From an uncultured Spirochaetaceae bacterium (GTDB lineage: Bacteria; Spirochaetota; Spirochaetia; Sphaerochaetales; Sphaerochaetaceae), in NCBI GenBank assembly GCA_964478945.1, contig CAYZJV010000008.1, positions 2,823-66,822 of the forward strand: a stretch of DNA of 64,000 nt, given 5' to 3'. Made by a program: the position numbers and the translations under genes. Under the pieces are notes generated by a model. It searched no databases and was not told the DNA's origin. It worked only from the letters and a program-made list of their open reading frames with translations. This document shows positions 49,924 to 59,708 of the stretch, in pieces (the stretch's first letter is position 1; every line of letters starts with the position of its first letter).

Positions 49924-51231
49924 ATGTCCAAGAAGATTTATCCAATAACCAAGTTTCGATTTGTTTCAGTTGTGGTTTCCGTCCTCCTGTTGTTGGTAGG
50001 TTTGGTTTCCTACGTCGCTTTCGGTGGATTCAATCTGGGAATTGATTTCCAGAGTGGTTTCTCCCAGCGTGTGCAGATTGCTCCCTCCGCCCTATCACTT
50101 GCCTATGAAGGAAACGATTCGGTCACCTTGAATGTGACCGGTGGTGTGGTGACCTTGATTTCCAGGGATGCTTCTGGTTCCCGGTACAACGAGTTCACCC
50201 CGACCGAGTATCCGACGATCGGTGATCTCGTGGAAGGTATAAACGGTACCGTGGCAGGGGTTTCGGCGATTGCCATCGATGCTTCGTTGCCAACGGCATC
50301 CCTGATCACAGGGTTCGGGCTTCCCGCGACCTTGGATTCCACTTCGTTTGTACTCAATAGCGAAAATGTCGATGCCACCGATTATATCACGATCGATGAG
50401 ATGCGCGAGGCTCTAGGTGATGGTGCCCTTGTGCAGGTGGTTGGTGACGAGTATCGTCAGGTGTTCCAGCTTCGAATGGCGAATGACGACAATCTGACTG
50501 AAGAGGAGATTTCCGCTGAGGTCGAGCAGTCCCTGGCAGATACGTTCGGAGCCGACGAGGTTGTCGTATTGCAGTCCGACTTTGTCGGTCCCAAATACTC
50601 CTCGACCCTTGTGAGTGGATCAATTCTGATCGTTATTGTTGCGATTGCCTTGATTCTTCTCTATATCTGGTTCAGGTTCAAGCTCGCCTATGCGTTGGCC
50701 GCAATCATCACTTTGGTCCACGATACGTTCCTGTTGATCGGTTTCATCACATTGTTCAGGCTCGAGGTGTCGAGTACAACCATCGCTGCTCTGTTGACCA
50801 TTATCGGATATTCGTTGAACAACGTGATTGTCATCTTCGACAGAATCAGGGAAAACCGTCCCATGTTGAAGGACCTGTCGATGCTCAAATTGATCGACAC
50901 CAGTGTTTCACAATCATTGTCGAGAACCCTTTTCTCATCACTGACCACTGTCTTTGCAATTCTCCCGTTGGCTTTGTTGGCTTCGGGTGCAATTCAGCTT
51001 TTCGCGATCGAGATGGTATTCGGTATTGTGGTCGGAGCCTATTCCTGTAACTTCCTCGCTCCTTCACTCCTTTTCTGGATTACCAAGAAGCGGGATTTGG
51101 AACATGCTTCACCTGTCGAGAATGTTGCGGTTGATTCGCAGGAAGTTCCGGCTGAGAAGACCGAGGTTGAGAAGGTTGAAATTCCCAAGCTCGAACGCAA
51201 GATGAAGGGTAAGCGCCAACAAAAGAAATAG
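49924..51231 (+). CDS. secF: Protein translocase subunit SecF (enlarged periplasmic region)
   Basis: NLGIDF, HD, IIGYSLNN.IVIFDRIRE, SRT. Confidence 0.95.
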   Translation: MSKKIYPITKFRFVSVVVSVLLLLVGLVSYVAFGGFNLGIDFQSGFSQRVQIAPSALSLAYEGNDSVTLNVTGGVVTLISRDASGSRYNEFTPTEYPTIGDLVEGINGTVAGVSAIAIDASLPTASLITGFGLPATLDSTSFVLNSENVDATDYITIDEMREALGDGALVQVVGDEYRQVFQLRMANDDNLTEEEISAEVEQSLADTFGADEVVVLQSDFVGPKYSSTLVSGSILIVIVAIALILLYIWFRFKLAYALAAIITLVHDTFLLIGFITLFRLEVSSTTIAALLTIIGYSLNNVIVIFDRIRENRPMLKDLSMLKLIDTSVSQSLSRTLFSSLTTVFAILPLALLASGAIQLFAIEMVFGIVVGAYSCNFLAPSLLFWITKKRDLEHASPVENVAVDSQEVPAEKTEVEKVEIPKLERKMKGKRQQKK

Positions 51232-51316
51232 TGTTTGGTGCCGGTTATCCAGCTTCTTGTTCGGCCGCCCCGTAGGAATCCTGCGAAGGCGGCCTGCTTT
51301 GTTTTGGAGGTAGTGC

Positions 51317-52180
51317 TTGATCGTAGAGAAATCATCAACAATGGGATATTGCAATGGAGTTGCCCATGTCATCGAATTGGCCAACGAATGTCTGAAGATT
51401 GCAGAGGAACAGAATCTTCGTGCCTATTCGATTGGTTGGTTCATCCATAATCCCAATGTCGTGAGTCGATTCATGGCTGCCGGGATGCAACATATTGAGA
51501 ATCCCGAAGATGGACCTCCGGGGGTTGCCTTGATACGGGCCCATGGTATCGGGGATCCCCTGCGATTACGATTCGTTCAAGCAGGGTTTCATTTGATCGA
51601 TGGTACCTGCGGCACCGTAGCCTATTCCCAACGGATGATCCGCAACAGCGACCGGTCCCTACATGTGGTGCTGGCCGGGTTGCATGGACACAGCGAGGTC
51701 GAGGCACTCACCCATGTGTGGGATGGGAATCGTGAAGTGATTCCCGTTTCTGTGGTGGAGTCTCCCAAGGATGTGGATAACCTGAGCTCATTCGGTGACG
51801 ATGGGATCCTGTTCATGACACAAACCACTTTCCCCCTATTGCAATATAGGGAAGTGAAGTCCCGAATGGAGAAAAGGTTCTCTTCCCGCTTGGTGATGGG
51901 CAACCGACTCTGTCCCACCACATCCAGGCGTCTGGAAGCGATAAATGTGTTGTGCACCAAGGTTGATGCGGTTATTGTCATAGGTGGAAGGATGAGTGCC
52001 AATACGACTGCTTTGGTACATGTGGTGGAAACGCATGGGTTGCCAGTATGGCATATCGAGAGCGCGGGTGAGATACCACAGGAGATATACGGGTTCGAAA
52101 GGGTTGGTATCACAGCGGGAACGTCCACTCCCCCCGAGGATATTGAAGAAGTGTATCGGGTACTCAAGGAAGGTATATGA
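51317..52180 (+). CDS. ispH: 4-hydroxy-3-methylbut-2-enyl diphosphate reductase
   Basis: MGYC.GV, IHN, RAHG, DGTC, H.EV, QTT, SANT, GITAGTSTP. Confidence 0.9.
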   Translation: MIVEKSSTMGYCNGVAHVIELANECLKIAEEQNLRAYSIGWFIHNPNVVSRFMAAGMQHIENPEDGPPGVALIRAHGIGDPLRLRFVQAGFHLIDGTCGTVAYSQRMIRNSDRSLHVVLAGLHGHSEVEALTHVWDGNREVIPVSVVESPKDVDNLSSFGDDGILFMTQTTFPLLQYREVKSRMEKRFSSRLVMGNRLCPTTSRRLEAINVLCTKVDAVIVIGGRMSANTTALVHVVETHGLPVWHIESAGEIPQEIYGFERVGITAGTSTPPEDIEEVYRVLKEGI

Positions 52181-53004
52181 TGATGCATCAGAACGAGAGG
52201 TATTGTTCATCCGAAGAGTTCCTTTCCCAGATAAGGAAGAAGCAGGGTTTCATTTGTGATATGGATGGTGTGATCTACCATGGCAATCGGTTGTTGCCTG
52301 GAGTGAAGGGTTTCATCGAATGGCTCAAGAAAGAGAATAAACGATTTCTTTTTCTCACCAATTCGAGTGAGCGGTCCCCCATGGAACTGAAACTCAAGAT
52401 GCGTCGATTGGGTATGGAATTGGAGGTCGGGCATTTCTATACTTCGGCTTTGGCGACAGCAGGGTTTTTGGCTTCCCAAGTTCCGAACGGTACCGCCTAC
52501 GTGATCGGGGAAGCCGGACTTATCAATGCCCTCTATGAGGTGGGCTATTCGATGAATGATGTGAATCCAGACTATGTGGTGGTCGGTGAGTCCAAGACGT
52601 ACAACTATGAAACCGTGATCCGTGCGGTTTCGTTGGTACGCAACGGGGCCCGTCTCATCGGCACCAATCCCGATACCACCGGACCCAGCGAAGAGGGTAT
52701 CGTACCGGCTACAGGGTCGTTGATACTTCCCATCGCTAGAACCGCCGGAGTCGAACCCTACTTCATCGGCAAGCCCAACCCGGTGATGATGCGGCAGGCC
52801 TTGCGGCGTCTTGAATGCAAGCGTGAAGATTCTGTGATAATCGGCGACCGGATGGACACCGATATGGTGAGTGGCATTGAAAGTGGAATCGATACCGTTT
52901 TGGTGCTCTCGGGAGTGTCGGACATGGAAACTCCCTCAAAATTCGCTTATCGTCCATATCTGGTGCTCGATTCCGTGGGAACGATTGTTCCCGATGAACT
53001 TTAG
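52177..53004 (+). CDS. HAD-IIA hydrolase (NagD-like)
   Basis: DMDGVIY, LTNSS, GKP, IGDRMDTD. Confidence 0.92.
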   Translation: MMMHQNERYCSSEEFLSQIRKKQGFICDMDGVIYHGNRLLPGVKGFIEWLKKENKRFLFLTNSSERSPMELKLKMRRLGMELEVGHFYTSALATAGFLASQVPNGTAYVIGEAGLINALYEVGYSMNDVNPDYVVVGESKTYNYETVIRAVSLVRNGARLIGTNPDTTGPSEEGIVPATGSLILPIARTAGVEPYFIGKPNPVMMRQALRRLECKREDSVIIGDRMDTDMVSGIESGIDTVLVLSGVSDMETPSKFAYRPYLVLDSVGTIVPDEL

Positions 53005-53022
53005 ATTTTTCAGGAGGGGTAG

Positions 53023-53670
53023 ATGATTTCCATTCCAACGATCAAGCGGTTTCCATCTTATTTGAGGTTGTTGCGACAGTATAAGGAAGAGGGTATGCAG
53101 TGGGTCTCCGCGACCCGTTTGGCTGGCGAACTCGGTTTGACTCCGATACAGGTACGGAAGGATATGGCAGGTACCGGTGTCGAGGGAAAACCCAAGGTTG
53201 GATTCGAGATCGATTCCTTGATTTCCGCGATAGTCAAGAATTTGGGTTGGGACAATACCACCGATGCGGTGCTGATAGGTGCCGGGCATTTGGGTGTGGC
53301 GTTGTCCCGATATGAGGGTTTTGCGAGTTATGGGCTGCATATTGTGGCGGTGTTCGACAAGGATTCGACGAAATTCGGTCGTCCGATCGGCAAGACGATT
53401 GTCTATCCGATGGACGAGCTGCATGCCTATGTGAAGGACCATGCGATCAACATCGCGGTCATCACCGTTCCCGCGGAATCTGCCCAAGAGGTTGCGGATA
53501 CTCTCGTTGATGCGGGGATCAAGGCGATTTGGAATTTTGCGCCAAAGGACTTGAGACTGCCTTCCCATGTCGTGCTGCAGCGGACCGATCTCGCCACAAG
53601 TTTCGCTGTACTTTCGGCCAAGTGCCGTCGTTTATTTGACAATTGTGGACAAGAAGTTGGACAAATATAA
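53023..53670 (+). CDS. rex: Redox-sensing transcriptional repressor Rex
   Basis: PTIKRFPSYLR, QVRKDM, IGAGHLG.AL, IWNFAP. Confidence 0.93.
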   Translation: MISIPTIKRFPSYLRLLRQYKEEGMQWVSATRLAGELGLTPIQVRKDMAGTGVEGKPKVGFEIDSLISAIVKNLGWDNTTDAVLIGAGHLGVALSRYEGFASYGLHIVAVFDKDSTKFGRPIGKTIVYPMDELHAYVKDHAINIAVITVPAESAQEVADTLVDAGIKAIWNFAPKDLRLPSHVVLQRTDLATSFAVLSAKCRRLFDNCGQEVGQI

Positions 53671-53704
53671 TTTAATGTGAAATCTATTATATTATAATTA
53701 TACT

Positions 53705-53744
53705 TATCCCCTCTTGAGAAAAGTTAATTTTACAAGAGGGGATA
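53705..53744. terminator. Inverted repeat between rex and the hydrogenase cluster (terminator or operator)
   Basis: TATCCCCTCTTG...CAAGAGGGGATA, ending 4 nt before TTGACA. Confidence 0.55.
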
Positions 53745-53784
53745 TTAATTGACATACTATCGATAATTTATTATCCTTTTTTGC

Positions 53785-54048
53785 ATGAGCATCATAACTG
53801 TTGAATTGTGTATGGGAAGTTCCTGCTTTGCCCGGGGAAACGCAAAGACTCTCGAATATCTCGAATCGTATATCGCTTCGCATGATTTGTCGGGAAGTGT
53901 GGAATTGACGGGACATCTTTGTTTGGGAACGTGTTCGGAAGGTCCGAATGTGAGAATCGATGGAATTCTTCATAATGGAGTCCAACCCGAATCCGTGGTC
54001 TCCCTTCTCGAGACCGCAATGCGACAGAGGGAGCACGCACATGGGTGA
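53785..54048 (+). CDS. Thioredoxin-like [2Fe-2S] ferredoxin (HfsA-like)
   Basis: CMGSSCFARG...LCLGTCSEGP. Confidence 0.88.
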   Translation: MSIITVELCMGSSCFARGNAKTLEYLESYIASHDLSGSVELTGHLCLGTCSEGPNVRIDGILHNGVQPESVVSLLETAMRQREHAHG

Positions 54049-55879
54049 AGGTAAGGCGGGACTCTATCCGATCTACACCGAATTGACCGAATGTCGTGAC
54101 TGCTACAAATGTGTGCGCGCTTGTCCGGTGAAAGCGATCCAAGTGAAGGATGGGCGGGCTGTGGTGGTACGGAATCGATGCATCTCTTGTGGGAGATGTG
54201 TGGATACCTGTCCTTCGCATGCGAAGAAAATCAGGGATGACATCCACTTGGCAAAAACACTTTTGGCATCCTCCCGAAAGGTCCTCGTGTCGTTGGCTCC
54301 TTCATATGTGTCGGAATTCTCGGAAACTCCCGATGCAGTGCTAATCGCGCTCAAGCGACTGGGTTTCGATGCGATTTCTGAGACTGCGATCGGTGCGTCG
54401 TTGGTATCGGCGGCAATCGATGGAAGGATGCAAGAGGGTAAGGGATGTCCATGGATATCCACAGCGTGCCCATCGGTGGTGGAAGCAGTCCATCGATACT
54501 ATCCCGAACTGGTCGGGTCCCTCTCCCCATTGCCGTCCCCGTTGCAATGCCACTGTGCCTATTTGCGACATCTCTACGGGGAAGACATGGGAATCGTTTT
54601 CATCGGTCCCTGTATTGCAAAGAAAGTCGAGGCCGACCAGAATCCGGGTTTCCCTGATGTGGCACTTACATTCAGGGAGCTCAGACGGTGGTTCGGGGAT
54701 GCTCACATCGATCTAAAGACATTGCAGGAAACGGCAAATCTTGATGCCGAACCCATCGACTTCGTTCCCGCACAAGCGGGAGAGAGCATGCTCTATCCTA
54801 TGGAAGGTGGAATGGTGGCGACTTTGGGTATTGGCAAGGATGTGTTTCAGGATAAGGCGATTTCCGTTTCGGGAGTCACTCTTGTGAATGAAACACTTGG
54901 TGATCTGCAGGGAAGCACGGCTCTCCTTTCCACAATTCCATTTCTTGAATTGCTCAATTGTGAAGGGGGCTGCATCAATGGTCCAGGTAAATCCAGATTC
55001 CGCTCCTCCGCGGTAAGCAAGTCGGAAACCACTCGGTATACCCGTCTGAGAGTTGGTGGGAAAGGCCCCCTGTTTGTTCCTCCCGCACACTTTGTCTCCG
55101 ATTTGGTAGTGAAGGGATACGATATGCTTTCACCCCTGTCGGAGCCGGTCGAGCCGCACGCACGGGTGAGTTTTTCCGAAGAGGAGATTTGTGGTGCACT
55201 CATTGATTTGGGCAAGTGTTCTCCGGGAGACGAGCTGAATTGCGGTGGATGTGGATACAATTCGTGTCGCGATATGGCGGTCGCTTACCTTGAGGGAATG
55301 GCTGAACCGGAGATGTGCGTGACGAAAATGCGCAAATTGGCACAGAGCAAAATCGATGTGCTTCTCAGGACTCTTCCGATGGGTGTGGTGATCGTGGATC
55401 GTGAGTTGAAGATAGCCGACTGCAATTCGGCATTCATCATGCTGTTTGCCGATTTGGACAAGGAGTTGGGTTCCTCGGCCGTTGAGCGGGTGGTGGGGAT
55501 GCCGCTCTCTAGATTCGTCCCATTCCATGGAGAATTCTCCCAACAATTCGAGAATCCGGTGAATGCAGGGCAGTATCGATTGCACTACAAGGGGAAATTT
55601 CTCAAGGTCACTTTCTTCACCATCGAAAACCATCGTCTTGTGGGTGCCATGTTCCAAGATGTCACCACTCCCACCATAAGAAGGGAAACGGTGGTGAAAA
55701 AAGCCGATGCGGTGATCAAGAAGAGTCTCGAGACGGTGCAACAGATCGCCTCATTGCTGGGAGAGAATGCCGCGGAGACGGAAATCACCCTCAATTCATT
55801 GGTTGAAGCATTCCAGGTTCCGGACAGTTCTGCAGCCGATGGGTTCCTTCCCGATTCGGACCAGAGGGGTATGTCATGA
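54041..55879 (+). CDS. Putative sensory [FeFe]-hydrogenase with PAS domain (HydS/HfsB-like)
   Basis: N-terminal 2x4Fe-4S; H-cluster motifs STACP, GPCIAKK.E, ELLNCEGGC; CGGCGY..C FeS motif; C-terminal PAS-like region. Confidence 0.88.
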   Translation: MGEGKAGLYPIYTELTECRDCYKCVRACPVKAIQVKDGRAVVVRNRCISCGRCVDTCPSHAKKIRDDIHLAKTLLASSRKVLVSLAPSYVSEFSETPDAVLIALKRLGFDAISETAIGASLVSAAIDGRMQEGKGCPWISTACPSVVEAVHRYYPELVGSLSPLPSPLQCHCAYLRHLYGEDMGIVFIGPCIAKKVEADQNPGFPDVALTFRELRRWFGDAHIDLKTLQETANLDAEPIDFVPAQAGESMLYPMEGGMVATLGIGKDVFQDKAISVSGVTLVNETLGDLQGSTALLSTIPFLELLNCEGGCINGPGKSRFRSSAVSKSETTRYTRLRVGGKGPLFVPPAHFVSDLVVKGYDMLSPLSEPVEPHARVSFSEEEICGALIDLGKCSPGDELNCGGCGYNSCRDMAVAYLEGMAEPEMCVTKMRKLAQSKIDVLLRTLPMGVVIVDRELKIADCNSAFIMLFADLDKELGSSAVERVVGMPLSRFVPFHGEFSQQFENPVNAGQYRLHYKGKFLKVTFFTIENHRLVGAMFQDVTTPTIRRETVVKKADAVIKKSLETVQQIASLLGENAAETEITLNSLVEAFQVPDSSAADGFLPDSDQRGMS

Positions 55880-57069
55880 ACGACCTGTTCATTGATGTCG
55901 ATTACCACCAGAGGTTCAAATCTGGTCAGAAGATCGCCGGTGATGTGTTCCTCCAATCCCGTGATTCCACATCTTGCCAGATCGTCTGCACCCTCTCGGA
56001 TGGATTGGGTAGTGGTGTGAAGGCGAATGTATTGGCAAACCTCACCGCCCATATGGCCCATAAGCTGTCGTTCAGTCCAATGCATCTCGGAAAGTCGGCC
56101 AAAATCATCATGAACACCCTTCCCGTCTGTAGTGAGAGGAAGATCAGTTATGCCACCTTCACCATTGCCGACATCCGCTATGCCGACAAGGATGCCATCA
56201 CCGTTCAGTTGATCGAATACGACAATCCTCCTGCGTTTCATTTTTCCCATTCGGAAGCCGTATCGATTGCAACAACGAGTATCGAGCTACATCGGGAAGG
56301 CGCATTCAAACAGGAGATCATACGACAATCCTCCTTCACACTGAGGATGGGTGATCGTCTTGTGATGTTCACCGATGGGGTCACACAATCGGGGATGGGG
56401 ACACATTTTCCCTTGGGTTGGCGTAGAAGTGGCGTATGTAGCCACATCTCCCGGCTGATTGCCGGGAATCCCGACATTTCTTCACGTGAATTGTCGGGTG
56501 CGATCACGGGAAAGGCGTATTCCCTCGATGGAATGGATGCGAAGGACGACATCACATGTGCGGTGGTGTATGTGAGGAAACCAAGAAGAACGCTTGTGGT
56601 GACGGGGCCTCCCTTCACAAAGGAACGGGATGCCGATCTTGTGCGAAAGATCGAATCGTTTGAGGGAAAGAAGATCGTATCCGGGGGAACCACCGCGCAA
56701 ATCGTGTCACGTTTGATGGAAAAGAGGGTTTCGGTCGATCTTTCATCCTGGTCTCCGGGGGTTCCTCCGGCATCCAAGATGGATGGATTGGATCTGGTGA
56801 CCGAAGGTATGCTTACATTGGGCAAGGTCGCCACATGTTTGGAACAAAAGATTCCCACCAATTCGATGCCAAACGATGCGGTGAGGAGATACGTGTCGCT
56901 CTTGATGGATAGCGACCAGGTCCACTTCATTGTAGGAACAAAGATAAATGAAGCACATCAGGATCCGAATATACCGGTGGAGATCGGTATTCGAAGAACC
57001 ATAATGGGACGGATTCGCAAGGCTCTGGAGGAGCAATATCTTAAGGAAACCGTGCTGGAGTACATGTAG
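55876..57069 (+). CDS. SpoIIE/PP2C-family Ser/Thr phosphatase (HfsC-like)
   Basis: GD, LSDGLGSG, FTDGV, DDIT. Confidence 0.9.
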   Translation: MNDLFIDVDYHQRFKSGQKIAGDVFLQSRDSTSCQIVCTLSDGLGSGVKANVLANLTAHMAHKLSFSPMHLGKSAKIIMNTLPVCSERKISYATFTIADIRYADKDAITVQLIEYDNPPAFHFSHSEAVSIATTSIELHREGAFKQEIIRQSSFTLRMGDRLVMFTDGVTQSGMGTHFPLGWRRSGVCSHISRLIAGNPDISSRELSGAITGKAYSLDGMDAKDDITCAVVYVRKPRRTLVVTGPPFTKERDADLVRKIESFEGKKIVSGGTTAQIVSRLMEKRVSVDLSSWSPGVPPASKMDGLDLVTEGMLTLGKVATCLEQKIPTNSMPNDAVRRYVSLLMDSDQVHFIVGTKINEAHQDPNIPVEIGIRRTIMGRIRKALEEQYLKETVLEYM

Positions 57070-57096
57070 AACGCTTGTGTGAGTGAGGTGAAAGGT

Positions 57097-57366
57097 ATGG
57101 GACAGAAAAAGATCAAGGTGAAGATTTGTGTGGGAACCGCTTGTTTTGTGCAAGGAGGTGCGGACTTGTTGCTCTATGAAGATTTCCTGGATCCCCACTT
57201 GTTGGGTCTCTGTGAATTTGAGGGTACTTCCTGTTTGGATGCATGCAAGAGAGACGCGGTGGGTTTGAAGGCGCCGTTCGTCGAGGTCGATGGAAAGTTG
57301 TATTCCGAGATGACACCACGCAAGTTGTCGGAAATATTGAAGGAGGCCGCTCATGTTGGAGGTTAA
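57097..57366 (+). CDS. Second thioredoxin-like [2Fe-2S] ferredoxin
   Basis: ICVGTACFVQG...SCLDAC..APFVEVDG. Confidence 0.82.
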   Translation: MGQKKIKVKICVGTACFVQGGADLLLYEDFLDPHLLGLCEFEGTSCLDACKRDAVGLKAPFVEVDGKLYSEMTPRKLSEILKEAAHVGG

Positions 57367-58819
57367 CAACCAATACACGTTGATGAAAAGAAAGATCGAC
57401 GTCGAGGTATTGAAATCCTATTTTTCGGGAACCTTGGCCAACGACATAGAGCTTTTGCCAATCAAGATCATTCCAAGGGAACGGGAACCGAACCGTTGTT
57501 GTGTCTACAAGGAGAGGGCAATGGTGCGGTATAGGATCATGGCCCTCCTTGGTGTGGATATCGATCGAAACGACGACGAGTACAAATCCCTTGCATCCTA
57601 CGCCGAGGAGGCTCTTGCAAAGAAACCGGAGATATTGCCTACGTTGACCACGATTACACCTGGTTGCAGTGCCTGCCCCGATGAGCAATATCGGATCACC
57701 GATGCCTGTAGGGGCTGTTTTGCGAGACCTTGTCTCGCCAACTGTCCAAAAGAGGCGATCGTATTCGTGAATGGGCGCGCGATCATTGATGAAAAGCGAT
57801 GCATCAACTGTGGGAAATGTCTCGATGTTTGTCCCTTCCATGCGGTAGTCCATGTGCCGGTTCCCTGCGAAGCCGCCTGTCCGGTTGGAGCCATACACAA
57901 GAACGCAGCGGGATATGTGGAGATAGACCATGGGAAATGTATCGATTGTGGCCACTGCTCGCGTTCTTGTCCTTTTGGAGCAATCGCCGAACGTAGTTCG
58001 CTCATGTATGTGGCGAAATTGCTCATGAAGGGAACACATGTCGTTGCCATGGTTGCTCCGGCTATAGAAGGCCAATTCCCCGGTTCCTTGGCACAGATCA
58101 AGTCCGCATTGTCGAAGGTGGGATTTTCGGATGTGGTTGAAGTCGCCGAAGGTGCCGAGCTCACCGCACGACACGAAGCGAACGAGTTGAGGGAGAAGCT
58201 TGATGGGGGACAACGTTTCATGACGACCAGTTGTTGTCCCGCCTATACCGGTTTGGTGGATGCGCATGTTCCGGAACTCGCTCCGTATTATTCACAGACA
58301 CTCTCTCCCATGGCCTACACGACACATATCTGTGAAACACGATACCCGGGGGCGAATTTGGTGTTTATCGGACCTTGTTTGGCGAAGAAGGTGGAAGCGG
58401 CTTCCCTGCCTTCAATCGATTCGGTACTCACATTTGCGGAACTTGCGGCTCTGTTTGTGGCGAAGGGTGTCGATGTCAAGGAGATGCCTGTTGTCGAAGA
58501 ACCGGTCGATTCGACGACATATGCCGACTGTAGGGGATTCGCATTGCCACAAGGAGTGGCGAGGGCTGTCGTCAAGAGATCGGAAACACCTTTCAAGACC
58601 ATGCAGATCGATGGGTTGGATAAGAAGACGGTACGACTGATGAAGATTTGGCCCAAACGCCCACCAGAAGCCGATCTCGTGGAGGTGATGTGTTGCGAGG
58701 GTGGATGTCTTGCGGGACCGGGAGTACTGGTGAATCCAAAAATCGCGAACCGCTTGCGCCAAGGGATCGATGTCGCTACAGTGGGAACCAAACCATTGGA
58801 GGCGAAGAGGCATGTTTGA
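57353..58819 (+). CDS. Monomeric [FeFe]-hydrogenase (group B / HfsD-like)
   Basis: Multiple 4Fe-4S motifs; TSCCP, GPCLAKK.E, EVMCCEGGC. Confidence 0.9.
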   Translation: MLEVNNQYTLMKRKIDVEVLKSYFSGTLANDIELLPIKIIPREREPNRCCVYKERAMVRYRIMALLGVDIDRNDDEYKSLASYAEEALAKKPEILPTLTTITPGCSACPDEQYRITDACRGCFARPCLANCPKEAIVFVNGRAIIDEKRCINCGKCLDVCPFHAVVHVPVPCEAACPVGAIHKNAAGYVEIDHGKCIDCGHCSRSCPFGAIAERSSLMYVAKLLMKGTHVVAMVAPAIEGQFPGSLAQIKSALSKVGFSDVVEVAEGAELTARHEANELREKLDGGQRFMTTSCCPAYTGLVDAHVPELAPYYSQTLSPMAYTTHICETRYPGANLVFIGPCLAKKVEAASLPSIDSVLTFAELAALFVAKGVDVKEMPVVEEPVDSTTYADCRGFALPQGVARAVVKRSETPFKTMQIDGLDKKTVRLMKIWPKRPPEADLVEVMCCEGGCLAGPGVLVNPKIANRLRQGIDVATVGTKPLEAKRHV

Positions 58820-59309
58820 ACCATTGGAGAAGGGGAATCTTGATCATAGGGAGATATTGGGTCAACTGGAGGCGTTGATCGAAATGGCGGATCCCAATCC
58901 GTACGGGAGAATCGCTTCACTGGCCAATGCGAGTGCGTTGCTTGCATATTATTTGGAGCGGATCAACTGGGTGGGATTCTATCTGGTCGATTCGTCGGGT
59001 GATCGTTCTTCACTGGTGCTTGGTCCTTTCCAAGGAGCTCCGGTTTGCGTGGAGATCGGCATCGGGAAAGGTGTGTGTGGAACCGCTTGGAAAGAGAAGA
59101 AGACCATGTCGGTTCCCGATGTCACTCTCTTTCCCGGTCATATCGCCTGCGATGCGGCCAGCAGAAGCGAAGTGGTGGTGCCTTTGTTGAAGGGCGAAGT
59201 GGTGATGGGCGTACTCGATGTGGACAGTCCACTGCCGAATCGGTTTTCCACGGACGATGTGGAGTTCTTTGAACAGGCAGCCTCCATCATTGCCAGGATA
59301 TTCCCATGA
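58812..59309 (+). CDS. msrC: GAF-domain free methionine-R-sulfoxide reductase (MsrC/YebR-like)
   Basis: LANASALL, NWVGFY, LGPFQG..C, GKGVCGTA, GHIACD..SRSE.V.P. Confidence 0.88.
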   Translation: MFEPLEKGNLDHREILGQLEALIEMADPNPYGRIASLANASALLAYYLERINWVGFYLVDSSGDRSSLVLGPFQGAPVCVEIGIGKGVCGTAWKEKKTMSVPDVTLFPGHIACDAASRSEVVVPLLKGEVVMGVLDVDSPLPNRFSTDDVEFFEQAASIIARIFP

Positions 59310-59353
59310 CCCATCGACTTGACAATATTTGAAAACATCCACACTATTGTCGT

Positions 59354-59664
59354 AAGGTGTCGACGGAGACGAGTAATCGGCTACAACTGTCTGTGAGAGG
59401 ACGTCCTTCCGGAATTCCGGTCGGGTGAGAGGCGTTCGGCAGTTCCCGATGAAAACCCCTCCCGAGCCGTGGGTCGAACGCATGTGCCACTAGGCCCGCC
59501 GCCCTCCCGGCGACAAGGGATCGAATGAGTGCTCGAGACGGCGTAATAAAGTCGTCCCGGGAAGTAAGGTGGAACCGCGGAAACATGACCTTCATGTTCT
59601 CGTCCTTACCAGATTGCGTGCGTTTTGCATGCGGTGGTTGGGAAGAGTACGTGGAGGTTTTTTC
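59354..59664 (+). ncRNA. T-box riboswitch (Thr) leader of thrS
   Basis: GA/AGTA motifs, GGTGAGA distal loop, specifier GAAA-ACC (59455-57, Thr), T-box TAAGGTGGAACCGCG (59565-79), antiterminator partner CGTCCTTA, terminator ending GGAGG plus T-run; promoter TTGACA(59319)-17-CACTAT. Confidence 0.9.
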
Positions 59665-59708
59665 ATAATTCGATAGGATGGTACTCCAAGGAGTACGGAG
59701 GAGATCAT

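Noticed and set aside
53671-53748. Rex operator upstream of the hydrogenase cluster
   Set aside because: Only half-sites (ATGTGAA; TTGAGAA...TTTACAA with wrong spacing); no TTGTGAA-N4-TTCACAA match.
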